From: an uncultured delta proteobacterium
GTDB lineage: Bacteria > Myxococcota_A > Polyangia > Palsa-1104
Direction of reading: 5' to 3'
Assembly: GCA_963785725.1 (NCBI GenBank)
Contig: CAWAWS010000007.1
Coordinates: 871,919 to 935,918, forward strand
DNA: 64,000 nt
Of this stretch, positions 55,023 to 64,000 are shown in pieces. The position numbers were made by a program, and so were the translations under genes. Positions within the stretch are counted from its first letter, which is position 1; each line of letters starts with the position of its first letter. The notes below the pieces were generated by a model that saw only the letters and a list, made by a program, of their open reading frames with translations, did no database searches and was not told the origin of the DNA.

Positions 55023-55715
55023 ATGAGCAAAGTAGAGCACCCCGGCGCGGTCGGTTTCCACGACGCGATCGCCCATAAGTGGGACGATTATTACCGCGAC
55101 GAATCATTCGCGGTGCGCGTGCGTGTGCTCGCCGATTTGTTGTCGTCGCACGATCTGCGCGGTCAACGCTGGCTCGATGCGGGCTGCGGTACAGGTGTCT
55201 TGGGACGCTGGCTCGCATCGACCAAGGAATGCCGAGTGCACGGCGTCGATGCCTCGGAGGCGATGATTCGCCACGCGCAGCCGGACCCGCGAATGACCTT
55301 CGAGCAGGTGGAGAGCATTTGCCGGGTTCCAGTCGAGTCGGGCAGCTTTGACGGTATTTTGTGCTCGAGCGTTCTCGAATACGTCGATGAGCCGCGCGAG
55401 GCTCTGCGCGAGTTCTTTCGCCTGCTCAAGCCCGGCGGGCTGCTGCTGGTTTCCGTCCCTCATAATGCGCTGCGCGTCCGCCTTCCGCTCCTGGCTGCCT
55501 ATTGGTTGACGAAGCCGTTGGGAAAGCGCCGTCTCGCCGCTTATCTGGATCATTCGAAGCACAGCTATTCAGTGAGCTCGTTCGCGACGCTGTTGCGTTC
55601 GGAGTCGTTCGACGTGCAGCGGTCGGTGGCTTTAGGGCACTTGAAGCTGCCGTTCGGCCTCGAGATTAAACGGGATGGAACGCTGCTCATGTTTTCCGCC
55701 CTCCGCCGCCAGTAG
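55023..55715 (+). CDS. Class I SAM-dependent methyltransferase
   Basis: WLDAGCGTG, GVDASEAM, FDGILCSSVLEYV, LKPGGLLLVSVP. Confidence 0.92.
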   Translation: MSKVEHPGAVGFHDAIAHKWDDYYRDESFAVRVRVLADLLSSHDLRGQRWLDAGCGTGVLGRWLASTKECRVHGVDASEAMIRHAQPDPRMTFEQVESICRVPVESGSFDGILCSSVLEYVDEPREALREFFRLLKPGGLLLVSVPHNALRVRLPLLAAYWLTKPLGKRRLAAYLDHSKHSYSVSSFATLLRSESFDVQRSVALGHLKLPFGLEIKRDGTLLMFSALRRQ

Positions 55716-55889
55716 CATCTCGCACCGTACTTTCCAATTCCGCTCCGACACTTTGTCTGCCGTCGCAGCGGCCGGGCAACGCTTGGGTGCATTCGCCGCA
55801 GATTGACGCACACTCGGCGATGACCGCGCGTGTCCTCGGGCTTCGGTGTTGAATTGCGAAGGGGGGACCGTCGGCGGCGGGCGGAAAGC

Positions 55890-55923
55890 AGCCGTGAACG
55901 CGCCGGACCGCGCGTTCACGGCT
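55890..55923. terminator. Hairpin between convergent genes (probable terminator)
   Basis: AGCCGTGAACGCGC-cggacc-GCGCGTTCACGGCT, ~10 bp past the ompA-like stop. Confidence 0.6.
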
Positions 55924-55932
55924 TTCGTCGAC

Positions 55933-56340
55933 TTACGGCTTGGCCTTCGGCGGCGCCTTCTCCGCCGGCGTCGTCTCCACCGCCGGCGAATCCGTCCCCG
56001 CGCTCGGCGTCGTCGACCCCGGCGCCGGGTCGATGATGTGGAACTCCACGCGCCGATTGGCCGCGCGCCCCTTCGACGTCTTGTTCGGCTCGACCGGCTT
56101 GGCATCGCCGTAGCCCTGCGCATCCAGCCGCACCGGCTCCACGCCATGATCGATCAAGAACGCCCGCACCGCCTGCGCACGCGCATTCGACAGCGCCATG
56201 TTCGTCGACGCCTTGCCGCGATTATCGGTGTGCCCCTGAATCTCGACCTTCTTGATCTCGGGCTCGACCTTGAACGCGTCGGCGACCGCCGTCAAAAGCG
56301 GCGTGCTCTTCGGCAGAATCTTCGCCTTGCCCGACGCGAC
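55933..56340 (-). CDS. OmpA-family peptidoglycan-binding C-terminal domain; 5' part missing (cut at the junction)
   Basis: ASGKAKILPKS..LL, VEIQGHTDNRG, NMALSNARAQAV, GYGDAKP, NRRVEF. Confidence 0.9.
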   Translation of the reverse strand, partial: VASGKAKILPKSTPLLTAVADAFKVEPEIKKVEIQGHTDNRGKASTNMALSNARAQAVRAFLIDHGVEPVRLDAQGYGDAKPVEPNKTSKGRAANRRVEFHIIDPAPGSTTPSAGTDSPAVETTPAEKAPPKAKP

Positions 56341-56492
56341 GCGAAGCGGAATTAATCGCGAACCGAATCGTCGAAGAATCGGAAAAACGATCGAAAGAAT
56401 TGACGGGCCTGAAAGACGATCTGATTCGGGCGCGACAAAACGAACACAGTGCGAAAGAAAAACTGCGGGAAATGATGGGAAATCCATATACT
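56340..56492 (+). CDS. NF2: Merlin/NF2 exon (helical region), 5'-truncated
   Basis: REAELIANRIVEESEKRSKELTGLKDDLIRARQNEHSAKEKLREMMGNPYT resembles merlin [27 protein letters not shown]. Donor GTAAGC at 56493. Confidence 0.85.
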
Positions 56493-56665
56493 GTAAGCCA
56501 CAGTTCAGGGCAGGGTGGCCATACTTGGGCTGTGGGGGGGGGGGGGGTAACCCCCTAGTACTGTATAGGTACAGATCAGGGCAGGGTGGCCATACTTGGG
56601 CTATGGGCCCTGGGGGGGGGGGGGGGGTAATCCCCCAGTACTGTATAAGCACAGATCAGGGTAGG
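56488..56665. repeat. ~70-bp direct repeats with poly-G in the merlin intron
   Basis: TCAGGGCAGGGTGGCCATACTTGGGCT...G-run...TACTGTATA occurs twice, plus a partial copy. Confidence 0.8.
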
Positions 56666-56723
56666 GTGACAAAAAAATACGAAGTGAAAATTGGATGGGG
56701 ATTATAATTGCTTGATTATTTAG

Positions 56724-56914
56724 CCATTTCCCCTTTACAACGATATCGATCGTTTTGCGCCACCGCCGACTTATTATACGTCGAACGGCGCCGGCGATTT
56801 TGCGATCGCGTATTCGAATCAAAATTTGCCGCAACATTTGCAGCAACGATTTGCGCCGGAATCGACGGTCGATCGGGACATAAAAGCGCTTTCGGCCGAA
56901 ATCGAAAAGGAACG
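56724..56914 (+). CDS. NF2: Merlin/NF2 exon
   Basis: TTTAG acceptor; open 191-nt frame ending DRDIKALSAEIEKER (cf. merlin DMKRLSMEIEKEK); donor GTATGT. Phase 0 to 2 matches both neighbouring exons. Confidence 0.85.
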
Positions 56915-57079
56915 GTATGTATGGCAATGAGGCCATATGGGCTGCATTCCTATAAGGAAAACAAAAACATTTTGGGTTGACATTTTTATGTGGGTATAAA
57001 TTGGGGCCTTATTTGGGCTGAATTAGCATCTGTCGGCAAAGTAGAAAGAAATTTGTTAGGTTTCGGGCTAGCATTAGTA

Positions 57080-57200
57080 CTGTGGGCATGGCTTTGAGGC
57101 CTTTTGGGCTGCATTCCTCTGTGGGTATGGCTTTGAGGCCTTTTGGGCTGCATTCCTCTGTGGGTATGGCCTTTGGGCTGCATTTTTGGGCTGCATTCCG
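57080..57200. repeat. Short intronic tandem repeat (~39-bp unit)
   Basis: TGTGGGYATGGCTTTGAGGCCTTTTGGGCTGCATTCCTC repeated; a related copy sits at the donor near 56919. Confidence 0.8.
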
Positions 57201-57266
57201 CTAGCGAAATGGGGAAAAAATGGTTGTCAAATTTGCCTTGTATTTCAGAATATTTTTTACCCTTAG

Positions 57267-57425
57267 GTCGGAATATTTGGAGAAGTCGAAGCAATTGCAA
57301 GAGCAATTGTCGGAGTTGCGGTCGGAGATTGAAGATTTAAAAGTGGAGGATCGGATCACGGACCAGGACCGGATCTACAGGGACAATTTGCAGCAGGGCG
57401 ACACAAATACTCAACGCTGCGAAAG
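57267..57425 (+). CDS. NF2: Merlin/NF2 exon (C-terminal domain); one missing A near 57405
   Basis: SEYLEKSKQLQEQLSELRSEIEDLK (cf. [24 protein letters not shown]). Adding one A restores GDxKYSTLRK. AG/GT boundaries. Confidence 0.9.
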
Positions 57426-57549
57426 GTAAAAAAAAAAAACGGATTTTCAATTCATTCCAGACAAATCTTGCAAATTGGCCGTTCAAATGGCCCGATATCA
57501 CCCAATAGTCCAATCTGTAAGGCGTATATGTTGCAATCGTAGGTCGTTT

Positions 57550-57810
57550 TTAAGCCTAAATGCTATGCCTAAACCTAGTCCTAAACCCTCAGCTAAGCCT
57601 CAATCCTAAGCTAAATTCCAATCCTAAACCCAAAGCCTAGGCCTAAGCCTAAGCCTAGATCCTAAGGTCTAAACCCAAAGCTTAGGCCTAAGCCTAAGCC
57701 TAAGCCAAAATCGTAGGTCTAAATCCAAAGCCTAAGGCAAAATCCTAGGTCTAAATTCTAGCCTAGGGCAAAATCTTAGGTCTAAACCTGATCCCTAAGC
57801 CTAGGCTTGA
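57550..57810. repeat. Degenerate (GCCTAA)n interstitial telomere-like repeat
   Basis: Runs such as GCCTAAGCCTAAGCCTAAG, the reverse complement of TTAGGC. A shorter tract lies at ~60295-60340. Confidence 0.75.
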
Positions 57811-58345
57811 TGGGTCTGTCGTATGGCGTTGAAATCGGCCGAAAAACAAATGAAAAATAATAAAAATAATCTTGCAGACGGCAAAGCAAAAGCTTATCGA
57901 AAAGGTAGAAATTGTCTTTGGTGTAAGTGTGTATAATAGTAAATTATAATTTGAAATATTCGCAGTTATTTTTATTTTTTCATTTTCTTGTTTGCTTAAC
58001 GTTTATTTGTATAGTTTGATTATCGGAAATTGTGTGAAAAGTTTTCTCGGGTGGGGGAACCTTCTGGTTTTTGGCTTCCTTCGGTTCGCGAACCTTTTAG
58101 GCCCCGAAATTTCGGAGGACCTTTTTAGACTTTTATAGCTTTTGACTTGGTCAAGTTGGGAGGGGACGGAGAGGAAGAGGGGTTTTGGGGGAGGGGGTAC
58201 CAACCCCTACCCCAATCCAGAGCACAGCGTGTAGTATTATTAGATGCTTCTGTGTGATATATAGATTTTGTCAAATATTTTAATTTTGGTTTCGATTGGA
58301 ATGAAAAGTTGAGTAAAATGATGTAAAAAGTTGTTTTTTTTTCAG

Positions 58346-58396
58346 AGCAGCGCCGGCTCAGCGAAATCTCGAATTGCCTTGTTCGAAGGACTTTAA
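58346..58396 (+). CDS. NF2: Merlin/NF2 terminal exon
   Basis: TTTTTCAG acceptor then SSAGSAKSRIALFEGL* (cf. SAKSRVAFFEEL). AATAAA signals at ~58614-58735. Confidence 0.9.
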   Translation, partial: SSAGSAKSRIALFEGL

Positions 58397-58894
58397 ATAT
58401 GATTGAAGGACTTTAAATATGATCGAAGGACTTTTGCTGCAAGAAAAAACGAAGAAAACGAAGGAAAATAAAATATGATCGAAGGACTTTTGATATTTTT
58501 CGAAACGTTTTTCAGCTGGACGGGATGATTTTTGACTTTTTTTTACGATTTTCTACGATTTTCGAACAAAAAATTAAACATTGTGCTGATTTTGATTTTT
58601 TTTTATGACAAAAAATAAAAATATACGTATAATGCCTTTTTTGTCAATAAAAGTGCCTTTTTATCAATGCTAGTGTGCTTTTTATCAATAAAAATGCCTT
58701 TTTTATCAATAAAAGTACTTTTTGTAAATAAAAGTGCTTTTTTATAATTTTACGAACTGATTTGCTCCATTTTTAATCAAAATTTTTTTGCATTTTTTTA
58801 ATTAAAATTTTATATATTTAATGAAATTTTTGTTTTTATTGAAATTATTTTGTTTTCTTTTGATTTTTAGAAGAAAATTGGTAAAATATTTACT

Positions 58895-59090
58895 GAAAAA
58901 CTTCAGGCTATTAAAACTTTCATGAAAACTTCTAATTTGACTAAAACTTCAACCATTTTGAGGCTTAGCAAACTTCAACCATTTTGAGGCTTAAAACTCA
59001 ACTAAGCTAAAACTCAACCTTTTGAGGCTTAAAACTTCAACCTTGAGCAAAACTTCAACCTTAGGCTAAAACTCAACCATTTAGGCATGA
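58895..59090. repeat. Degenerate minisatellite
   Basis: Recurring AAAACTTCAACCATTTTGAGGCTT units. Confidence 0.7.
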
Positions 59091-60167
59091 AATCATTAAC
59101 TGATTTTGAGGTTGAAAACCTCAACGAAAAGGCTTTAGGCATTTATGGATATGATATGAGTATTATAAGGCTGAAAACTTCAATGATACAACATCGCGTT
59201 AATAAGGAAATGATAAGGCATACGCATTATAATGATAAGGTATTACGAGTCGAAAATTTTGCATCAAGGTCAAGAATCAATTTGAGGTTAAAATTTTGAG
59301 TGTTTTATGAATTTTTTGGCTTCTGGGTTGCGAGCCCGATTTAAATAAAAATTTCGGTTTAGTTTTATTGGCTTGTACGAAAAAAAAACCTGCGTAAATT
59401 TAATTTTATTGGCTTGTACATCGAACGAATAAAAAACCTGCGTAAAGTACCTGAATTAAATATACGAGTAAAATTATATATAATAAAAGTATCTGAAAAG
59501 AATTATATAATTAAATTATATAATATAATTATATATAAAAGTATCTTAATATAATTATGAATTAAATTACGAGTAAAATTATATATAAAAGTATCTGAAA
59601 ATAATTATGAATAAAATTAAATTTAAAATAAAAATATACGAGTAAAAATTAAATTTAATATAATTTATATATATAATTACAATAATTTAATAAAAGTATC
59701 TGAAAAAAATTATGTATAAAATTATGAATAAAGTTAAATTTAATATTAAAATATACGAGTAAAATTATATTTAATAAAAATATGTGAAAAAAAGTTAAAA
59801 AAATATAAAATATAAAATGAAAACCTGTACCTGAAAGTACCTAAAAATTACGTGAAAGTACTAAAAAGTACCTGAAATAAAATACGATTAAAATAAAAAG
59901 TACCTGAATTTATTAAACAAAAACAATTAAATTATTGAATTAGAATTATGAATTATAAATTATTGAATTAAAATAATTTGTTCTAACCAGAGAACGACTA
60001 CTTTTTCACAAAATCCAGAGCAATTCTAAATTAGTCCAAATTATTTGTCCAAATGTCCAAATTAGTTGGTCACTAATTATTTTTACAAAAAAATTTTGTC
60101 ATTAAAGAGGCGGGGCAGCATTAAAAAATACAAAAGTGCAAATTAATTCATTATTATAACAACATGC

Positions 60168-60250
60168 ACATTTTCATTTCATTTTCATTTCATTTTCATT
60201 TCATTTTCATTTTCATTTTCATTTCATTTTCATTTCATTTTCATTTTCAG
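60168..60250. repeat. (CATTTT)n microsatellite
   Basis: Directly visible CATTT(T) run. Confidence 0.9.
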
Positions 60251-60449
60251 GCCCAATCTACTAAAAGATTTCCAAACATCTATTTTTTTGGCTGGGCTTA
60301 GGCTTAAGTTTAGGTTTAGGCTGAGGCCTAAGAATAAGCCTATCCATAAAATAGTGTCGATAGGTTATGGTTCGATAGCTAGCGTTCTATAGGCTATATA
60401 GACCAATTGTATTTATATATCTACGGTACATAAATAATACATAATTAGC

Positions 60450-60720
60450 GATACATACATAGCTAGCGGAAAATACAAAGCTAGCGGTGCAAACATAGAT
60501 ACATAGCTAGCGGTGCAAACATAAATACATAGCTAGCAGTGCATACATAGATACATAGCTAGCGGTGCATACATAGATACATAGCTAGCAGTACATACAT
60601 AGATACAAAGCTAGCAGTGCATACATAGATACATAGCTAGCAGTGCAAACATACATACATAGCTAGCAGTGTATACATACATACATAGCTAGCAGTGCAT
60701 ACATAGATACATAGCTAGCG
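60450..60720. repeat. Minisatellite (~26-bp unit)
   Basis: About 10 copies of CATAGATACATAGCTAGCRGTGCAWA. Confidence 0.88.
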
Positions 60721-61001
60721 GTCTGCAGGTTAAGTAAATCAACTATATATACGTCTATATAGTATATAGTATTACCATAGCATTAAATTTTGTACTGTAA
60801 TGTATGGATACTATATTTCAAATTGGTTTACACAGCCTGCACAACACTAGCTATGTATATACTACATTATACGTATAGGTATAGTTGGTTTGCATAGCCT
60901 GCAGAACGCTTAGCTATCGAAACCTTAACGTGCCGGACACACTAGATGTTTGGCTAGAAAAGCTTTTGAATAGATTGGGCGGATTTTCATCACTAATCAT
61001 T

Positions 61002-61300
61002 TGATAATGAAATCAGTTCAAAACCAAATCGCTTTCATGTACCTTCGGGATCAAGCGCTTTTATGATCACCTTTTATGGGTTGATAATGAAATGAGTTCA
61101 TAACCAAATCGCTTTCATGTACCCCAGGAAAACGCGTTCCCTCCCCGCTTATATGGGTTGATAATGAAATGAATTTATAACCAAATCGCTTTCATGTACC
61201 CCCGAGGAAAAGACGCCTTTCCCCCTCCCCTTATATGGGTTGATAATGAAATGAATTCATAACCAAATCGCTTTCATGTACCCCCGGGGAAACGACGCGT
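61002..61300. repeat. ~80-bp tandem repeat containing the 3' end and stop of the 199-aa gene
   Basis: GATAATGAAAT...AACCAAATCGCTTTCATGTACC occurs four times. Confidence 0.85.
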
Positions 61301-61856
61301 TCCCTCCTCTGTACGGCTGCACACGCCAGGTGACCCGGTAATCGTCAACCCACGGGGTGTACGTGTACCGAGTGGTCGTCGGCAGCCACGTATCGTAGGC
61401 CCGACCTGAGCTTAGGTAAGACGGGCGGTACCAATACGGTCGGCGGTCGTAGCGCTGATAAGAAAAAGGCTGCGGTCCATCGTTCGAATATTTTTCCGCC
61501 CTGTGGATGTACCGCCAAATCGGATACGCCCAACGACTAGGGTGATACAAATCGTAGCGCGAAGTATAAGGGTCTTCGACGGTTCCTTTTGGCATCACGT
61601 CCCCGCGGCCAAAAGACCAGGGGATCGGCGTAAAAGGCTTCGTGTAGACCATCGGGTTGTAGTCGGATAAATATAATTCGCTGGTCGTCCGGGCCAATTT
61701 CGCGGGTCCTTTGAATTGATTCCGGACCAGATTTGCGAAGTGCTTTTCGTTATCAGCAGAATAATTGTAGCCCCGATACGAAGTGTCGATTGAATTGATC
61801 CGCCGATTTATACTTTCCAACCGGGAAGAACTCGAAGAGCGACGGGAACGGGACAT
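61257..61856 (-). CDS. Single-exon eukaryotic Tyr/Arg/Pro/Ser-rich protein (199 aa), function unknown
   Basis: 600-bp GC-richer open frame in AT-rich surroundings; AG acceptor-like site just before the ATG. Confidence 0.75.
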   Translation of the reverse strand: MSRSRRSSSSSRLESINRRINSIDTSYRGYNYSADNEKHFANLVRNQFKGPAKLARTTSELYLSDYNPMVYTKPFTPIPWSFGRGDVMPKGTVEDPYTSRYDLYHPSRWAYPIWRYIHRAEKYSNDGPQPFSYQRYDRRPYWYRPSYLSSGRAYDTWLPTTTRYTYTPWVDDYRVTWRVQPYRGGNASFPRGYMKAIWL

Positions 61857-62310
61857 CTACTGTATCACAAGGTAATATTTTTTTAATAATACATTATATG
61901 GCTTATTCTAAGTGATAAACTTGTTTAGGAGTCCCACAATCGAAGAGCGACGGGAACGGGACATCTACTGTATCACAAGGTAATATTTTTAATAATATAT
62001 GGCTTATTCAAAGTGATAAACTTGACTTGGAGTCCCACAATCGAAGAGCGACGGGAACGGGACATCTACTGTATCACCAGGTAGTTATTCGAATAAATAG
62101 TACGCGCTCTATTCTAAGCTAACTTGACTGGACAAGATCGAAGAGCGACGGGACATCTACTGTATCACCAGGTAATATTTTTTAAATAATATATAGCTTA
62201 TTCTAAGTGATAAACTTGACTTGGAGTCCCGCACTGAGCGACGGGACATCTACTGAATTACAAGGTAAATTTTTATAAAATAAGTCTTATTCAAAGTGAT
62301 AAACTTTACT
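61832..62310. repeat. ~100-bp tandem repeat containing the start codon region of the 199-aa gene
   Basis: (TCGAA)GAGCGACGGGA(ACGGGA)CATCTACTGTATCAC..GGTAAT occurs five times, degrading with distance from the gene. Confidence 0.88.
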
Positions 62311-64000
62311 TCGAGACTAGGTAAAAATATTTTTTGTAATAAGGCTCATTCAAGTTTTCGGGTCCTGCAAGGTAATAAAGGTAATTGTTTGTTTTAATAC
62401 ATAAACCTAATAAAGACAATTGATAGTTTATTGATGAAGCGTAGTGAAATTGGGTAATAAAGGTAATATGTTTACAAAAATCTCATGCCAAGGTTTGGGT
62501 CTTACAAGGTACATGAAAGGTAACAGGGTATTTAAAAAATTTTTTATTAAAGAGTCATCGCGTGCTTATTAATTTTGAAGGTCATATTTTCCGCGAAAAA
62601 TTCTTCGCAGTGTTTTCCCGCCCACCCGGTGTCTCGACACTCCAAATTTGGTTTAAATTTTTTTTAATGTTCTGCTAAAAGGCGTATTAAACTAATGTAT
62701 TATTGTACAATATCCCTAACTTTACAACCCATAAAAATCATTGGTAAATTAGATTTGCTTTTAAAAACGACCCCCGAAAAAATAAAAAAAATACCTGAGC
62801 AAATAAAAAATTCGGAGAAAAGGACGGGAACAAAAACTCGAATTCGTTCGGCAAAAAAACGTCTTAAAAAACAATATCACTAGGCTATTTAATCGTATCA
62901 GAAGGAAATTAAGCTAAGATCCGGCGTTTAAACACCAAAAAAACTTTGACACAAAGCAGCGTAAAATCCGACTTTTCTTTCAACCGAAAAACGCGACCGG
63001 GGTAATAATGGTTAATAATATGTCGAAAAGCGGAGGCTGAAGCTAAAATATTCGAATGATTAAGCGAAAAGCTGCTTTTGCATTCAGTGGGGGTTAAAGT
63101 TGTCTGATGCGTTGAAAGAAGCAGCTTTATGCAGTACAGGGGGGGCAAGGGGGCGAGGGGCGAAGGGAAGGGAGGAGAGGGGGGGTTAAAGATGTTAAAC
63201 CGATTTACGTAAAATGTTTCCAATGAAGCGAAAAAAACTTTTCTGCTTTCAACAAAAGAAAAAAAAGAAAAACGTTTGACAGTTTTGCTCACTTCTGCCG
63301 GGATTTTTTTTCTTTCTTATCGGAATTTGTTCTGCCGTAACGCAAAATATTTTTCTAAGACGCAAAATATTTTCTTTAAAGACGTTATCGAAGACGTTGA
63401 AAAGACTTTTTCAAGTGCATTAGGCGAGGGGTGCGGAATGCCGGCAAACAACTGAAAATCCACTTCACAAAGAGAAAATTATTCAAGAAACTGTATTTAT
63501 TTATCAAAAAAAAAAATCTTTCAGCTTTTGGCCTTGGAGACAGACAGGACATATTATTAATATTGTTGCAGACAGAATATATATCAGTACATTATGTATA
63601 CCATATTATGTATACGTATTATATACATAACGTATGCTATCTTAGTATATTATTATATAAATTTAATTTATAACACATATACTAAAATACGAGTACATAC
63701 GAGTACAAACAGCTTCTTATTATTATTAAACTTCAACTATATCTGCTTCGAAGTTTCAGGTCATTTTGTCTGACGAAAATAACGTAAACCATACTGTAAA
63801 CTACTAAAACGATAAACCATACTATAGGCTAATATACATATAAACCATACAGAATCGGGTGTCAAGCAACTTTTTGTTCGATAGCTAGGGTTCCGCGGCT
63901 ATCTAAACCAACGATACATAAAAACAATATATATTATACCATAAATATATAGCATAGAAGTAGGCTATACTGTATGTCACATCTCAATAAGGCAATCCAC

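Noticed and set aside
55933..56652. 239-aa ORF as a full-length OmpA protein with a proline-rich N-terminus
   Set aside because: The N-terminal part is read through the junction from the antisense of a merlin exon and a poly-G intron repeat.
57550..57810. True telomere
   Set aside because: The repeats are degenerate and lie inside a merlin intron.
61832..62310. Regularly spaced repeats resembling a CRISPR array
   Set aside because: The intervening sequences are similar to each other rather than unique, the context is eukaryotic, and there are no cas genes.
58400..64000. Short ORFs in the AT-rich region (e.g. 59087-59299, 62695-62883, 62909-63292, 63431-63673)
   Set aside because: Low-complexity, no motifs and no convincing splice structure; treated as non-coding.

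Overview
The window joins two unrelated genomes. Positions 1 to ~56340 are gene-dense, very GC-rich bacterial DNA with myxobacterial hallmarks (MYXO-CTERM protease, Ser/Thr kinase, hybrid CheA). This part carries: a chemosensory operon ending in a multi-receiver adenylate cyclase and containing a CheR-STAS fusion; housekeeping genes (rpoZ, panD, ku); two MITE-like elements; an orphan contractile-injection spike gene followed by a 3-repeat protein in the usual PAAR position; a Flp/Tad pilin fused to a polymorphic-toxin HINT domain and an unknown C-terminal domain; and a ~24 kb lower-GC Wzx/Wzy polysaccharide locus. At ~56340 an ompA-like gene is cut and the sequence switches to AT-rich, intron-containing animal DNA, probably nematode. 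That part holds the last four exons of a merlin/NF2 gene, a single-exon 199-aa gene and many tandem repeats seeded at exon edges. Both genes are broken at the junction, so a chimeric contig is the most likely explanation. Scattered single-base frameshifts suggest long-read consensus errors. The best candidate for a new system is the pilin-HINT-effector fusion (possible Tad-pilus-delivered polymorphic toxin), with the adjacent spike plus pseudo-trimeric tip module second. All calls come from motif recognition by eye; no database search was run.
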